From Escherichia phage PP01: a DNA stretch of 64,000 nt. The stretch lies in sequence record NC_054930.1; one strand, written 5' to 3'. The notes under the pieces are model-generated. The model ran no database searches. It was not told where the DNA came from and was given only the letters and a program-made list of their open reading frames with translations. This document shows, piece by piece, positions 37,095-46,711 of this stretch. Numbering within the stretch: position 1 is the first letter of the stretch; the number at the start of each line of letters is the position of its first letter. The position numbers and the translations under genes are program-made.

Positions 37095-37400
37095 CGGCAA
37101 CCTTGTCGGGGTTCCACCTGCTAAGGCAAGTGTTTGTACGAAACGCCGGGATTCGAACCCGGTTATTAAGTAGTTGACGCTACTCAATATTTTTAAAAGG
37201 CCATATCTCGACCATATCCGAACGTTCCGTCAAAAACGCTACTCGGCTTATGGCAAAGATATTTCCTCGAATCGATAATTCGGTGCGCCGTTTCTGCTGT
37301 GATATAAGGGGGCATTAACAAAACATAAAGATTTATTAATGCCAGTCCTTACCCAGGGAACATCAGTCCGACGACTTACCGGTAGCGACCCGGTTTCTTG
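37095..37400 (-). ncRNA. tRNA-like stable RNA region (candidate counterpart of T4 species 1/2 RNAs)
   Basis: No protein-coding signal; T-arm-like CCGGGTTCGAATCCCGG on the minus strand (~37146-37162) without canonical acceptor pairing; lies between tRNA-Arg and a terminator. Boundaries not determined. Confidence 0.35.
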
Positions 37401-37402
37401 TT

Positions 37403-37479
<77 letters not shown>

Positions 37480-37482
37480 TAA

Positions 37483-38148
37483 TTAAAATTTCATTTTTCG
37501 ACCTTTAAACCATCCTTCTGGAATTGGGTCAGTTTTCTTAATACGTTTAGAAACTTTTTCATCCAATGAATGAATCCACATCATGCCAAATTGGGAATTC
37601 TTTTCACCTTGTTGGTGTTTATTTCTGGCGTGAGATTCTTTCATTTTATTAATAGTTTCAGGAGTATGGGTCTTACCCAAGAAAGATTTAGTATTTAAAA
37701 ATTTCTCTCTATACTTAGGATTATCCCAAAGCTGTTTAAACCTTTCTGAACCCATTTTACGATATTTTTCTTTAAGGTCTGGGTCGTTCTCAAATCTGGT
37801 TTTAAAAGCGGCAGCTCCTTTTAAGGAAGCTTCTTTCTTTTTATCCAAATATTCTTTAGTGTTTAAATGGTCCCAACCACCTTCACCACCTAATTTCAGA
37901 TTATAAACATCAGGGCGCTTTAAAAACTCTTCAGTCACAATATTCTTTTCTGACTCAAACATAGAGGTTTTATCGTCAAAGAACTCTAATATTTCTTTAG
38001 AAAAATTTTCTATACCATATTTATCTTGGGCTCTTTTTAATAATTTACCAGAACCCATATATCCATCATCTAAATTTTCGGTAGAATGAGCGCCTATATA
38101 GATTTTATTATTAATTTTATTTGTTATTTTATAAATGTAATGGAACAT
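37483..38148 (-). CDS. segB: GIY-YIG homing endonuclease SegB
   Basis: 221 aa; GIY-YIG motif HYIYKITNKINNKIYIGAHST...YMGSG; embedded in the tRNA cluster as in T4. Confidence 0.85.
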   Translation of the reverse strand: MFHYIYKITNKINNKIYIGAHSTENLDDGYMGSGKLLKRAQDKYGIENFSKEILEFFDDKTSMFESEKNIVTEEFLKRPDVYNLKLGGEGGWDHLNTKEYLDKKKEASLKGAAAFKTRFENDPDLKEKYRKMGSERFKQLWDNPKYREKFLNTKSFLGKTHTPETINKMKESHARNKHQQGEKNSQFGMMWIHSLDEKVSKRIKKTDPIPEGWFKGRKMKF

Positions 38149-38189
38149 AAATATCTCCTATTTCTAAGAGTATTTATGTTCCCAAAATA

Positions 38190-38261
38190 TGGCCCTGGGT
38201 GGAATTGAACCACCATCTGGCGATTATGAGTCGCTTGCTTGAACCTTCCAGCTACAGGGCC
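38190..38261 (-). tRNA. tRNA with anticodon CAT (Ile, AUA-decoding, by analogy to T4; or Met)
   Basis: Acceptor GGCCCTG/CAGGGCC, anticodon loop CTCATAA, T-arm GGTGG-TTCAATT-CCACC. +/-2 nt. Confidence 0.7.
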
Positions 38262-38267
38262 TTGATA

Positions 38268-38340
38268 TGCTGATTGACGGAATCGAACCGCCGACGTCCT
38301 CATTACAAGTGAGGTGCTCTACCTACTGAGCTAAATCAGC
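38268..38340 (-). tRNA. tRNA-Thr (anticodon TGT)
   Basis: Acceptor GCTGATT/AATCAGC, anticodon loop CTTGTAA, T-arm GGCGG-TTCGATT-CCGTC. +/-2 nt. Confidence 0.8.
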
Positions 38341-38347
38341 GAAATTA

Positions 38348-38434
38348 CGGAGGCGATAGGATTTGAACCTATGAGTCGCCGGAGCGACTGCCGGTTTTCA
38401 AGACCGGTGCATTAAACCACTCTGCCACGCCTCC
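38348..38434 (-). tRNA. tRNA-Ser (anticodon TGA), long variable arm
   Basis: Acceptor GGAGGCG/CGCCTCC, anticodon loop CTTGAAA, T-arm ATAGG-TTCAAAT-CCTAT; 2-nt spacer to tRNA-Pro. +/-2 nt. Confidence 0.8.
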
Positions 38435-38436
38435 AG

Positions 38437-38510
38437 TCTCCGCGGCAGGATTTGAACCTGCGACATTCTGCTCCCAAAGCAGACGCTCTACCAAACTGAG
38501 CTACACGGAG
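38437..38510 (-). tRNA. tRNA-Pro (anticodon TGG)
   Basis: Acceptor CTCCGTG/CGCGGAG (one G-U), anticodon loop TTTGGGA, T-arm GCAGG-TTCAAAT-CCTGC. +/-2 nt. Confidence 0.8.
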
Positions 38511-38522
38511 TAAATTAAATTT

Positions 38523-38594
<72 letters not shown>

Positions 38595-38600
38595 AAACTT

Positions 38601-38687
38601 TGGTACGAGAAGTGGGACTCGAACCCACAAGGAAATCATTCCGCAGCATTTTAAGTGCTGTGCCTTTACCAATTTGACCATTCTCGC
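38601..38687 (-). tRNA. tRNA-Leu (anticodon TAA), long variable arm, CCA encoded
   Basis: Acceptor GCGAGAA/TTCTCGT, anticodon loop CTTAAAA, T-arm GTGGG-TTCGAGT-CCCAC; 1-nt spacer to tRNA-Gln. +/-2 nt. Confidence 0.8.
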
Positions 38688-38688
38688 G

Positions 38689-38761
38689 CTGGGAATAAAG
38701 GACTCGAACCTTTGCATCCTGGAATCAAAATCCAGTGCCTTACCAACTTGGCTAATTCCCA
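38689..38761 (-). tRNA. tRNA-Gln (anticodon TTG)
   Basis: Minus strand reads TGGGAATTAGCCAAGTTGGTAAGGCACTGGATTTTGATTCCAG...GGTTCGAGTCCTTTATTCCCAG, matching my recollection of T4 tRNA-Gln. +/-2 nt. Confidence 0.85.
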
Positions 38762-38858
38762 ATTATTAACAAAGGCTCTCTAACAAGAACCCTTGATGAT
38801 AGAGGGTATTAATCAGTGCGGTATGAGTTAATAATAACAAATAATTCTTAAAGCATAT

Positions 38859-39146
38859 TTACCATTTATGATAATACATATTTACGATGCATTCAAGACC
38901 TAAAGGATTCTTGAAAATATCATATTCAAGAGGACCTTTTTCCGTTTCAATAAAGAAATCAAAGTTAACTGTATTAAATTTACGGTCTTCCTTCACTAAT
39001 TTAACTTGAGAAGATGAACGGTCAATGTAAACCTTTTCAACTTCAAAACATGTTAAAACGCCATAATCATCAATCAAGGCTTTAGCCGCGTCTTGATCAT
39101 ATTTATATCCATTTTCAATGGACGATACTTTAGCATAAAGAATCAT
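38859..39146 (-). CDS. Hypothetical protein, 95 aa
   Basis: ORF track; no capsid-targeting leader. Confidence 0.5.
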   Translation of the reverse strand: MILYAKVSSIENGYKYDQDAAKALIDDYGVLTCFEVEKVYIDRSSSQVKLVKEDRKFNTVNFDFFIETEKGPLEYDIFKNPLGLECIVNMYYHKW

Positions 39147-39148
39147 TA

Positions 39149-39558
39149 TCAGCCTTCATCAACAATAGTATGAGTGTGGGCATTTACGATTTGCCACCAG
39201 TCGAAACGATTGGAACCATAATCTGGTTTATTTTCATTTTCTTTAATGATATCACGCAGTTTATCTTCTGTTTCAGCATACGCAATTAAATCATCATATC
39301 CGCCACAAGGATAATAATTATCACCTGCGAATAAAAGAAAATTTACCTTAGATGGATTTACGTAATAATGGTCTTTAGGATATTTAGTTCCTCTCCAATC
39401 AGTTACTTCAACATAACGGTAAGAAAATCCATTTTTACTTTCAATCCAACTCCACGCTTCAAAAGGAGTATTAAAAACTTTATCAGGTATTAAATTACCT
39501 TCAAAATGAGAAGGATTTGCATAATCCCAGCATAAACATAGTATTCGTTAATACTCAT
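39149..39558 (-). pseudogene. Frame-disrupted gene: 22-codon ATG-initiated ORF followed in another frame by a ~133-codon stop-free frame with no ATG/GTG/TTG
   Basis: Hand translation of minus strand: MSINEYYVYAGIMQILLILKVI* from ATG ~39556-39558; adjacent frame open from ~39547 to ~39149 (...CWDYANPSHFEGNLIPDKVF...NAHTHTIVDEG). Either a frameshift pseudogene or a recoded gene. Confidence 0.4.
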
Positions 39559-39744
39559 CTATTCACCTTTAGAAATTTTATCCATAACGATAGCGATTAA
39601 ACCAATTAAAAATGCTACTACAAGCGAAAACACATTTTCTGCTGTAGTTAATAATCCGCATATAAATCCAACAAACATTGAAAAACTAAAAGCGGAAGCA
39701 GAAATTGCAATAGCAACATTTCGAATTAATTCACAACGTTTCAT
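39559..39744 (-). CDS. Small membrane protein, ~61 aa (start at MKRCELIRN)
   Basis: ORF track 39559..39804; internal ATG has a GGAG ribosome-binding site and lies downstream of the promoter; hydrophobic helices. Confidence 0.5.
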   Translation of the reverse strand: MKRCELIRNVAIAISASAFSFSMFVGFICGLLTTAENVFSLVVAFLIGLIAIVMDKISKGE

Positions 39745-39769
39745 TTTATTCTCCTCAGTAGTTGATAGG

Positions 39770-39830
39770 GTAATAGTATCACTACTAAAACCCCGTGTAA
39801 ACAACTTTGTGAAATTATTTTAAATCTTCT
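39770..39830 (-). promoter_or_regulatory. T4-type early promoter (repeat copy A, 3' of the ipI-locus gene)
   Basis: Plus strand ggtaatagtatcacta...gtgtaaacaactttgtgaaattattttaaatc; near-identical to the copy at ~40100-40160. Confidence 0.6.
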
Positions 39831-40072
39831 AATCGTTTCTTCATCTTAGAACCATTTTTAGCGATTTCTCCTGCGTCAGAGCATAATGCTAAAAGTGCTT
39901 TAACTTTAGTTTGGTCTCCTTTAAAAGACGAAGGATCGACTGCAGCAGCAAGTTCTTTAATACGAGAGAAAAGACGCTCAGCTTCAGCTAAAGCCATTCC
40001 AAGCTTTACTTCCATACCATGAGAAGATTCAGTGATAATAGTTTCTGTAGCAAACTCTTTATAAGTTTTCAT
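39815..40072 (-). CDS. Internal-protein-like gene with capsid-targeting leader at the ipI locus, 85 aa
   Basis: N-terminal MKTYKEFATETIITE leader; located between the tRNA region and 57B, where T4 carries ipI; sequence differs from what I recall of T4 IPI. Confidence 0.65.
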   Translation of the reverse strand: MKTYKEFATETIITESSHGMEVKLGMALAEAERLFSRIKELAAAVDPSSFKGDQTKVKALLALCSDAGEIAKNGSKMKKRLEDLK

Positions 40073-40099
40073 TTTATTTTTCCTAATTAATTTTGATGA

Positions 40100-40842
<743 letters not shown>

Positions 40843-40843
<1 letters not shown>

Positions 40844-41568
40844 TATAGTACCTTTAGTGTATTTTTAATTTTAGAAAAAAGTTCTTCAAGAGAACCATCG
40901 TTTGTAATTACTAAATCGCCATCACGAATTGGCAATCCAGCTTCTGTAATATGTGTATCATTGGATTTTTGACCAGGACGAACTACATGAATTACTGTAG
41001 CACCCATCGCCCTAGCCGCATCCATTTCATGATCTTGACGGGTATCAGGAACGATATAATAATCATAACCTGAGTTAAATTTATCAAGATAATCTAAAGC
41101 AAATAATTTTACCCAGTACATGCGGTCGAAGTTATTAACAATCAAATCCGTACCTAGGGCTTGCATCAGACGACGGACTGACCATTGATCTTCAATATTA
41201 TTTATAACGTCAATAATCTTGTTAAATGCTACGAAATTAACTGATTCTTGTCCTTCGTCATCAAAAACAAACACACCTTTAATTGGGCTTTTACCATTAA
41301 GATAGCAAAATGCTTGTTCCATAATGGTGATTACTTCTAATTTAGTCAGATTTAAATTAGTCTCACGATCATAGTCAATTCCTTCAAACTCTTTACGAGT
41401 TAAGCAAGGATAGTCAGTGTTTGCTGCAAATACTCCCCATGCATAAGCCAATGCATCCTTAATAGGACCAGCAAGTTGATATTTAACTGCAGAATAATTA
41501 TTCATAATAAAATCTGCAGTAGTATCTTTTCCACTACGCTTTACACCACTTAAAAAGATTAGTTTCAT
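40843..41568 (-). CDS. 1: Deoxynucleoside monophosphate kinase
   Basis: ORF track 40843..41607; start at MKLIFLSGVKRSGKDTTADF gives 241 aa as in T4 gp1; P-loop GVKRSGKDT. Confidence 0.9.
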
Positions 41569-41617
41569 ATGTTTCTCCTCAAATTTAATTAAGATTATAA
41601 CACACAAAACTGAAGCA

Positions 41618-42148
41618 TTAAACTTCTGCTATAATTTTTCCATCTTTTTCTACTTGAAAATACGTATAAGGAATCGTTGCTGTACATACTAAAGCCGGGT
41701 CTGAATCTTCTGTGTAGCTAAATTCTACTTCAGACAGGTCAGAAACCCAGGGCTTATAAAAATTTATTGACATCACGATTTCAGTTTTACTATTATCTAA
41801 AATGTAAAGCGTAATGTATTCAGGACCTGTTTTTTGGGCAGTATTTTCGCCTGTAAGATAGTTACTAGTTCCTAGCATCCATTCATACATTCCTATCCAT
41901 GACTTAAGCTCTTCATCAACTATAAATCTCACGATGAGTGGATCATACTCGAATGTAACACCTGGACGTTGTGCTCGGCCCAGTCCAAACGGCCCAGTCA
42001 CGGTATCAGTAACAGGTATTCTAATTCCTGGAATAGGAACTGACTGAGCATTTAAAGTAAAAGCAGATGTAGTATTACTATGTGGTATTGATACTACAAA
42101 GTTAGTTGTATTTGCTTGGTTAAAAATTTGTTGCAGAGCTTGCGACAT
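41618..42148 (-). CDS. 3: Tail completion / sheath stabiliser protein gp3
   Basis: ORF track 41618..42229 begins at a TTG; internal ATG (MSQALQQIFNQ) has a GAGGAA ribosome-binding site and gives 176 aa. Confidence 0.82.
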   Translation of the reverse strand: MSQALQQIFNQANTTNFVVSIPHSNTTSAFTLNAQSVPIPGIRIPVTDTVTGPFGLGRAQRPGVTFEYDPLIVRFIVDEELKSWIGMYEWMLGTSNYLTGENTAQKTGPEYITLYILDNSKTEIVMSINFYKPWVSDLSEVEFSYTEDSDPALVCTATIPYTYFQVEKDGKIIAEV

Positions 42149-42254
42149 ATATTCCTCATAATGCTTTATAACTGTTGGTGGTATAATGGGTCTAAGTCCC
42201 TTCCATTCAATTCCATTTAGAACAAACAACAGAAAAGAATGGAAGATAATAGAA

Positions 42255-43079
42255 TTAGATATTTGACCAGACTTTGTTTGCAGAGAAACGTTTTCCTTTT
42301 GAAACGAACTGCTGAAGTGGCATCAACACAACGTTCGCCCAGTCTTTCGGGGCGATTTCAACAAGGCTACCCATAATATTACCAGGTATATATGCCTTAA
42401 TCATTTGGTCTGCACCCCTAAATCCTTTCACTTGACTCCAATCAATTTTTAATTTCGTTTTATTAGTAATAGTAGGTGTATTTGAATATTGCTTTAAAAG
42501 CTCTTCTAGGAATTGCTGACGAGCTTTAGGTGGAATATAGTGCAAGTTTAATCCGTACATTAAATTATGCTTACCTAAACCAAGGTAAATTATCAAAGGA
42601 AATTTATCCCAGTAAGGAAGAGTTTCCTTGTGTTTAGCATCATAAGCAAAAGCATATATTCGTCCCGGCTGCGGGCGAACAACTTTATGCCCTTTTACTT
42701 GCTTAATAGTTTCAGCAAACCACTTTCTGGTTTTATTATTAATTGCTGCGCCTTCATTACGAATTTTATCGCGCAATGTTTGTCTGAATGAATTTATCAT
42801 AAGCAGTTGTCTTTCTTGCTTATTGAGTTTATTCATTGGTTTTGATTCAAGCTTTTGAATCTTTTCAGCCGTTTTAATTCCTGAAGCATATTTTGACATT
42901 GCTGAAGTAAACGTAGAGTATTTGATTCCTCTTTCTTCAGCAAATTGCTTTCCTGTCATTCCTTTTGCTTTGGCCTTTTTATATTCAAGACCTATCTGAA
43001 TCCATTTCTTTTCGTTTAATGATTGCTTAACCTTTGGAACTTGAGGAGTGCTTTCATTAATTATTTGAAAAATAGCCAT
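42255..43079 (-). CDS. 2: DNA end-protector protein gp2
   Basis: 274 aa; position and length as T4 gp2. Confidence 0.88.
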   Translation of the reverse strand: MAIFQIINESTPQVPKVKQSLNEKKWIQIGLEYKKAKAKGMTGKQFAEERGIKYSTFTSAMSKYASGIKTAEKIQKLESKPMNKLNKQERQLLMINSFRQTLRDKIRNEGAAINNKTRKWFAETIKQVKGHKVVRPQPGRIYAFAYDAKHKETLPYWDKFPLIIYLGLGKHNLMYGLNLHYIPPKARQQFLEELLKQYSNTPTITNKTKLKIDWSQVKGFRGADQMIKAYIPGNIMGSLVEIAPKDWANVVLMPLQQFVSKGKRFSANKVWSNI

Positions 43080-43531
43080 TATGCCCCCTTAAAGCCAAGA
43101 GCTCGTAATCCATCTTCTGTTAGAATTCTAAATTTTATTCCACGCTTTTCAGCTAAAGATTGTGCTGCTTTCCATTTGTCAGTATTAACAGAATATGTAT
43201 AAATTTCATTCATAAATCTTTTCTTCGCTGCAGTTGTTAGATGTGCCGGTTTAACTGGTGGTTGTGTTTCTTTTTTAGGTTTTATTTCAATAAAAAATTC
43301 TTGTCCAGAAGAATCTTTCATCCAAATATCCATGAAGTATCTACGTTTTTTCCCTTCTGCATTACAAAAATAAGGAATTACTGCTGTTTCACTACCCCAT
43401 GCAATAATTTCTGGATTTTTATCTAACCATTCAAAAAAGAATTTTTCCCAATTTGATCTATACGTAATTTTTTTAGGGTCACCTCTATACTTTGATATAT
43501 TTTTAGGAACCCATTTTCCAGAATATGCCAT
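43079..43531 (-). CDS. 4: Head completion protein gp4
   Basis: 150 aa; position and length as T4 gp4; divergent from gene 53. Confidence 0.88.
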   Translation of the reverse strand: MAYSGKWVPKNISKYRGDPKKITYRSNWEKFFFEWLDKNPEIIAWGSETAVIPYFCNAEGKKRRYFMDIWMKDSSGQEFFIEIKPKKETQPPVKPAHLTTAAKKRFMNEIYTYSVNTDKWKAAQSLAEKRGIKFRILTEDGLRALGFKGA

Positions 43532-43542
43532 TGGATTCTCCT

Positions 43543-43550
43543 TATAAATA
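43543..43550 (+). promoter_or_regulatory. Late promoter (TATAAATA) for gene 53
   Basis: Exact TATAAATA ~30 nt upstream of the gene 53 ATG, in the 4/53 divergent intergenic region. Confidence 0.75.
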
Positions 43551-43578
43551 GATAATATATTTATAAACAGGAGGGCCC

Positions 43579-44169
43579 ATGCTCTTTACATTTTTTGATC
43601 CGATTGAATATGCGGCCAAAACGGTGAATAAAAACGCGCCGACTATTCCTATGACAGATATTTTTAGAAACTATAAAGACTATTTTAAACGCGCTCTTGC
43701 GGGATACCGCTTACGTACTTATTATATCAAAGGTTCACCACGCCCGGAAGAATTAGCAAATACTATATATGGAAATCCACAGTTGTATTGGGTTTTATTG
43801 ATGTGTAATGATAATTATGATCCATATTATGGATGGATTACTTCGCAAGAAGCTGCTTATCAAGCATCTATACAAAAATACAAAAATGTAGGTGGAGATC
43901 AAATAGTATATCACGTGAATGAGAATGGTGAAAAATTTTATAATTTAATATCATACGATGATAATCCATATGTTTGGTATGACAAAGGTGATAAAGCTAG
44001 AAAATATCCTCAATATGAAGGAGCACTTGCTGCGGTCGATACGTATGAAGCGGCTGTTCTTGAAAATGAAAAACTTCGTCAAATAAAAATAATAGCAAAA
44101 TCAGACATCAATTCATTTATGAACGACCTTATACGTATAATGGAGAAATCTTATGGAAATGATAAGTAA
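43579..44169 (+). CDS. 53: Baseplate wedge protein gp53
   Basis: 196 aa; GGAGGG ribosome-binding site; start of the plus-strand late block. Confidence 0.9.
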   Translation: MLFTFFDPIEYAAKTVNKNAPTIPMTDIFRNYKDYFKRALAGYRLRTYYIKGSPRPEELANTIYGNPQLYWVLLMCNDNYDPYYGWITSQEAAYQASIQKYKNVGGDQIVYHVNENGEKFYNLISYDDNPYVWYDKGDKARKYPQYEGALAAVDTYEAAVLENEKLRQIKIIAKSDINSFMNDLIRIMEKSYGNDK

Positions 44170-45880
44170 TAACCTTAATTGGTTTGTTGGTGTTGTTGAA
44201 GATAGAATGGACCCATTAAAATTAGGTCGTGTTCGTGTTCGTGTGGTTGGTCTGCATCCACCTCAAAGAGCACAAGGTGATGTAATGGGTATTCCAACTG
44301 AAAAATTACCATGGATGTCAGTTATTCAACCTATAACTTCTGCAGCAATGTCAGGAATTGGAGGTTCTGTTACAGGGCCAGTAGAAGGAACTAGAGTTTA
44401 TGGTCATTTTTTAGACAAATGGAAAACTAACGGAATTGTCCTTGGCACGTATGGTGGAATAGTTCGCGAAAAACCGAATAGACTTGAAGGATTTTCTGAC
44501 CCAACTGGGCAGTATCCTAGACGTTTAGGAAATGATACTAACGTACTAAACCAAGGCGGAGAAGTAGGATATGATTCCTCTTCTAACGTTATTCAAGATA
44601 GTAACTTAGACACCGCAATAAATCCCGATGATAGACCACTATCAGAGATTCCAACCGATGATAATCCAAATATGTCAATGGCTGAAATGCTTCGCCGTGA
44701 TGAAGGATTAAGATTAAAAGTTTATTGGGATACCGAAGGATATCCGACAATTGGTATTGGTCATCTTATCATGAAACAGCCAGTTCGTGATATGGCTCAA
44801 ATTAATAAAGTTTTATCAAAACAAGTTGGTCGTGAAATTACTGGAAACCCAGGTTCTATTACGATGGAAGAGGCGACGACTTTATTTGAGCGTGATTTGG
44901 CTGATATGCAACGTGATATTAAATCACATTCTAAAGTAGGACCAGTCTGGCAAGCTGTCAACCGTTCTCGTCAAATGGCGTTAGAAAATATGGCATTTCA
45001 GATGGGTGTTGGTGGTGTAGCTAAATTTAACACAATGTTAACTGCTATGTTAGCAGGAGATTGGGAAAAAGCATATAAAGCCGGTCGTGATTCATTGTGG
45101 TATCAACAAACAAAAGGCCGTGCATCCCGTGTTACTATGATTATTCTTACGGGAAATTTGGAATCATATGGTGTTGAAGTGAAAACCCCAGCTAGGTCTC
45201 TATCAGCAATGGCTGCTACTGTAGCTAAATCTTCTGACCCTGCTGACCCTCCTATTCCAAATGACTCGAGAATTTTATTCAAAGAACCAGTTTCTTCATA
45301 TAAAGGTGAATATCCATATGTTCACACAATGGAAACTGAAAGCGGTCATATTCAAGAATTTGATGATACCCCTGGGCAAGAACGATACAGATTAGTTCAT
45401 CCGACAGGAACATATGAGGAAGTATCACCGTCAGGAAGAAGAACAAGAAAAACTGTTGATAATTTGTATGATATAACCAACGCTGATGGTAATTTTTTGG
45501 TAGCCGGTGATAAAAAGACTAACGTCGGTGGATCAGAAATTTATTACAACATGGATAATCGTCTTCACCAAATAGATGGAAGCAATACAATATTTGTACG
45601 TGGCGACGAAACTAAGACGGTTGAAGGTAATGGAACTATCCTAGTTAAAGGTAATGTTACTATTGTAGTTGAAGGCAATGCTGACATTACAGTTAAAGGA
45701 GATGCTACCACTTTAGTTGAAGGAAATCAAACTAACACAGTAAATGGAAATCTTTCTTGGAAAGTTGCTGGGACAGTTGATTGGGACGTTGGTGGCGATT
45801 GGACGGAAAAAATGGCATCTATGAGTTCTATTTCATCTGGTCAATACACAATTGATGGATCGAGGATTGACATTGGCTAA
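44153..45880 (+). CDS. 5: Baseplate hub / tail lysozyme / cell-puncturing protein gp5
   Basis: 575 aa; central lysozyme domain (MLRRDEGLRLKVYWDTEGYPTIGIGHLI) and C-terminal VxGxxxxxx beta-helix repeats. Confidence 0.95.
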   Translation: MEMISNNLNWFVGVVEDRMDPLKLGRVRVRVVGLHPPQRAQGDVMGIPTEKLPWMSVIQPITSAAMSGIGGSVTGPVEGTRVYGHFLDKWKTNGIVLGTYGGIVREKPNRLEGFSDPTGQYPRRLGNDTNVLNQGGEVGYDSSSNVIQDSNLDTAINPDDRPLSEIPTDDNPNMSMAEMLRRDEGLRLKVYWDTEGYPTIGIGHLIMKQPVRDMAQINKVLSKQVGREITGNPGSITMEEATTLFERDLADMQRDIKSHSKVGPVWQAVNRSRQMALENMAFQMGVGGVAKFNTMLTAMLAGDWEKAYKAGRDSLWYQQTKGRASRVTMIILTGNLESYGVEVKTPARSLSAMAATVAKSSDPADPPIPNDSRILFKEPVSSYKGEYPYVHTMETESGHIQEFDDTPGQERYRLVHPTGTYEEVSPSGRRTRKTVDNLYDITNADGNFLVAGDKKTNVGGSEIYYNMDNRLHQIDGSNTIFVRGDETKTVEGNGTILVKGNVTIVVEGNADITVKGDATTLVEGNQTNTVNGNLSWKVAGTVDWDVGGDWTEKMASMSSISSGQYTIDGSRIDIG

Positions 45881-46409
45881 TATACTTCCAATGAGCGCTG
45901 ATTTAGGAGAATCCATGGAAGGTTCTTCTATCGACGTCACCTTTACCGCTCAATTAGAAACAGGTGAAACGTTAGTATCTATAAATATAACTAGTTACGA
46001 AGAAACTCCTGGGGTTTTAGTAGAAGAAAATCGCTTATATGGAACATATGAATCTGTATTTGGTTTCGGAAATGACGCGTTGAAATATCGTTTAGGCGAT
46101 GAATTTAAAACTGCTGCTTCATGGGAAGAACTTCCTACTGATTCTGATACTCAGCTGTATTTGTGGAAAGCTCCTCAAAATCTCCAGAAGACATTCACTT
46201 ACGAAGTAACATTAATATATGACTACCAAGAACAAAGTGAATCTGGAGGTTCTGGCAGTAATTCTAGGTCATCTTCTGATACTACTGAACCGACAGATCC
46301 TCCTGCTCCAGTAAGAAAAACACTTGTTAAAAATTATACTAAAACTATAGTTGGAAATTGGAGTCGTTGGGCTAATAAATTGAGAAGCTATGTATATGAG
46401 AGGCCATAA
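45852..46409 (+). CDS. 5.1: Gene 5.1-like protein (start uncertain; overlaps gene 5 end)
   Basis: ORF track 185 aa; sits between 5 and 5.4. Confidence 0.6.
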   Translation: MMDRGLTLANILPMSADLGESMEGSSIDVTFTAQLETGETLVSINITSYEETPGVLVEENRLYGTYESVFGFGNDALKYRLGDEFKTAASWEELPTDSDTQLYLWKAPQNLQKTFTYEVTLIYDYQEQSESGGSGSNSRSSSDTTEPTDPPAPVRKTLVKNYTKTIVGNWSRWANKLRSYVYERP

Positions 46410-46703
46410 ATGTCAGGATTAAGTTATGATAAGTGTGTTACTGCTGGCCATGAAGCTTGGCCTCCAACAGCTGTGAATGCCACACAAAGTAAAGTATTCA
46501 CTGGAGGAATTGCTGTTCTAGTAGCAGGCGATCCAATTACAGAACATACAGAAATTAAAAAGCCATATGAAACACATGGCGGAGTGACACAACCTAGAAC
46601 TTCTAAGGTATATGTCACTGGAAAGAAAGCTGTTCAAATGGCTGATCCAATATCATGCGGTGATACTGTGGCTCAGGCATCATCTAAAGTATTCATTAAA
46701 TAG
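46410..46703 (+). CDS. 5.4: PAAR-repeat spike-tip protein gp5.4
   Basis: 97 aa; compact Cys/His-containing PAAR-like fold ([20 protein letters not shown]...). Confidence 0.85.
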   Translation: MSGLSYDKCVTAGHEAWPPTAVNATQSKVFTGGIAVLVAGDPITEHTEIKKPYETHGGVTQPRTSKVYVTGKKAVQMADPISCGDTVAQASSKVFIK

Positions 46704-46711
46704 GATTTAAA

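Noticed and set aside
36537-37187. Long (216-aa) version of the ORF upstream of the tRNA region
   Set aside because: Its first ~58 codons run through the late promoter, terminator hairpin and tRNA-like RNA; the internal Met has a ribosome-binding site, a late promoter and a leader-like N-terminus.
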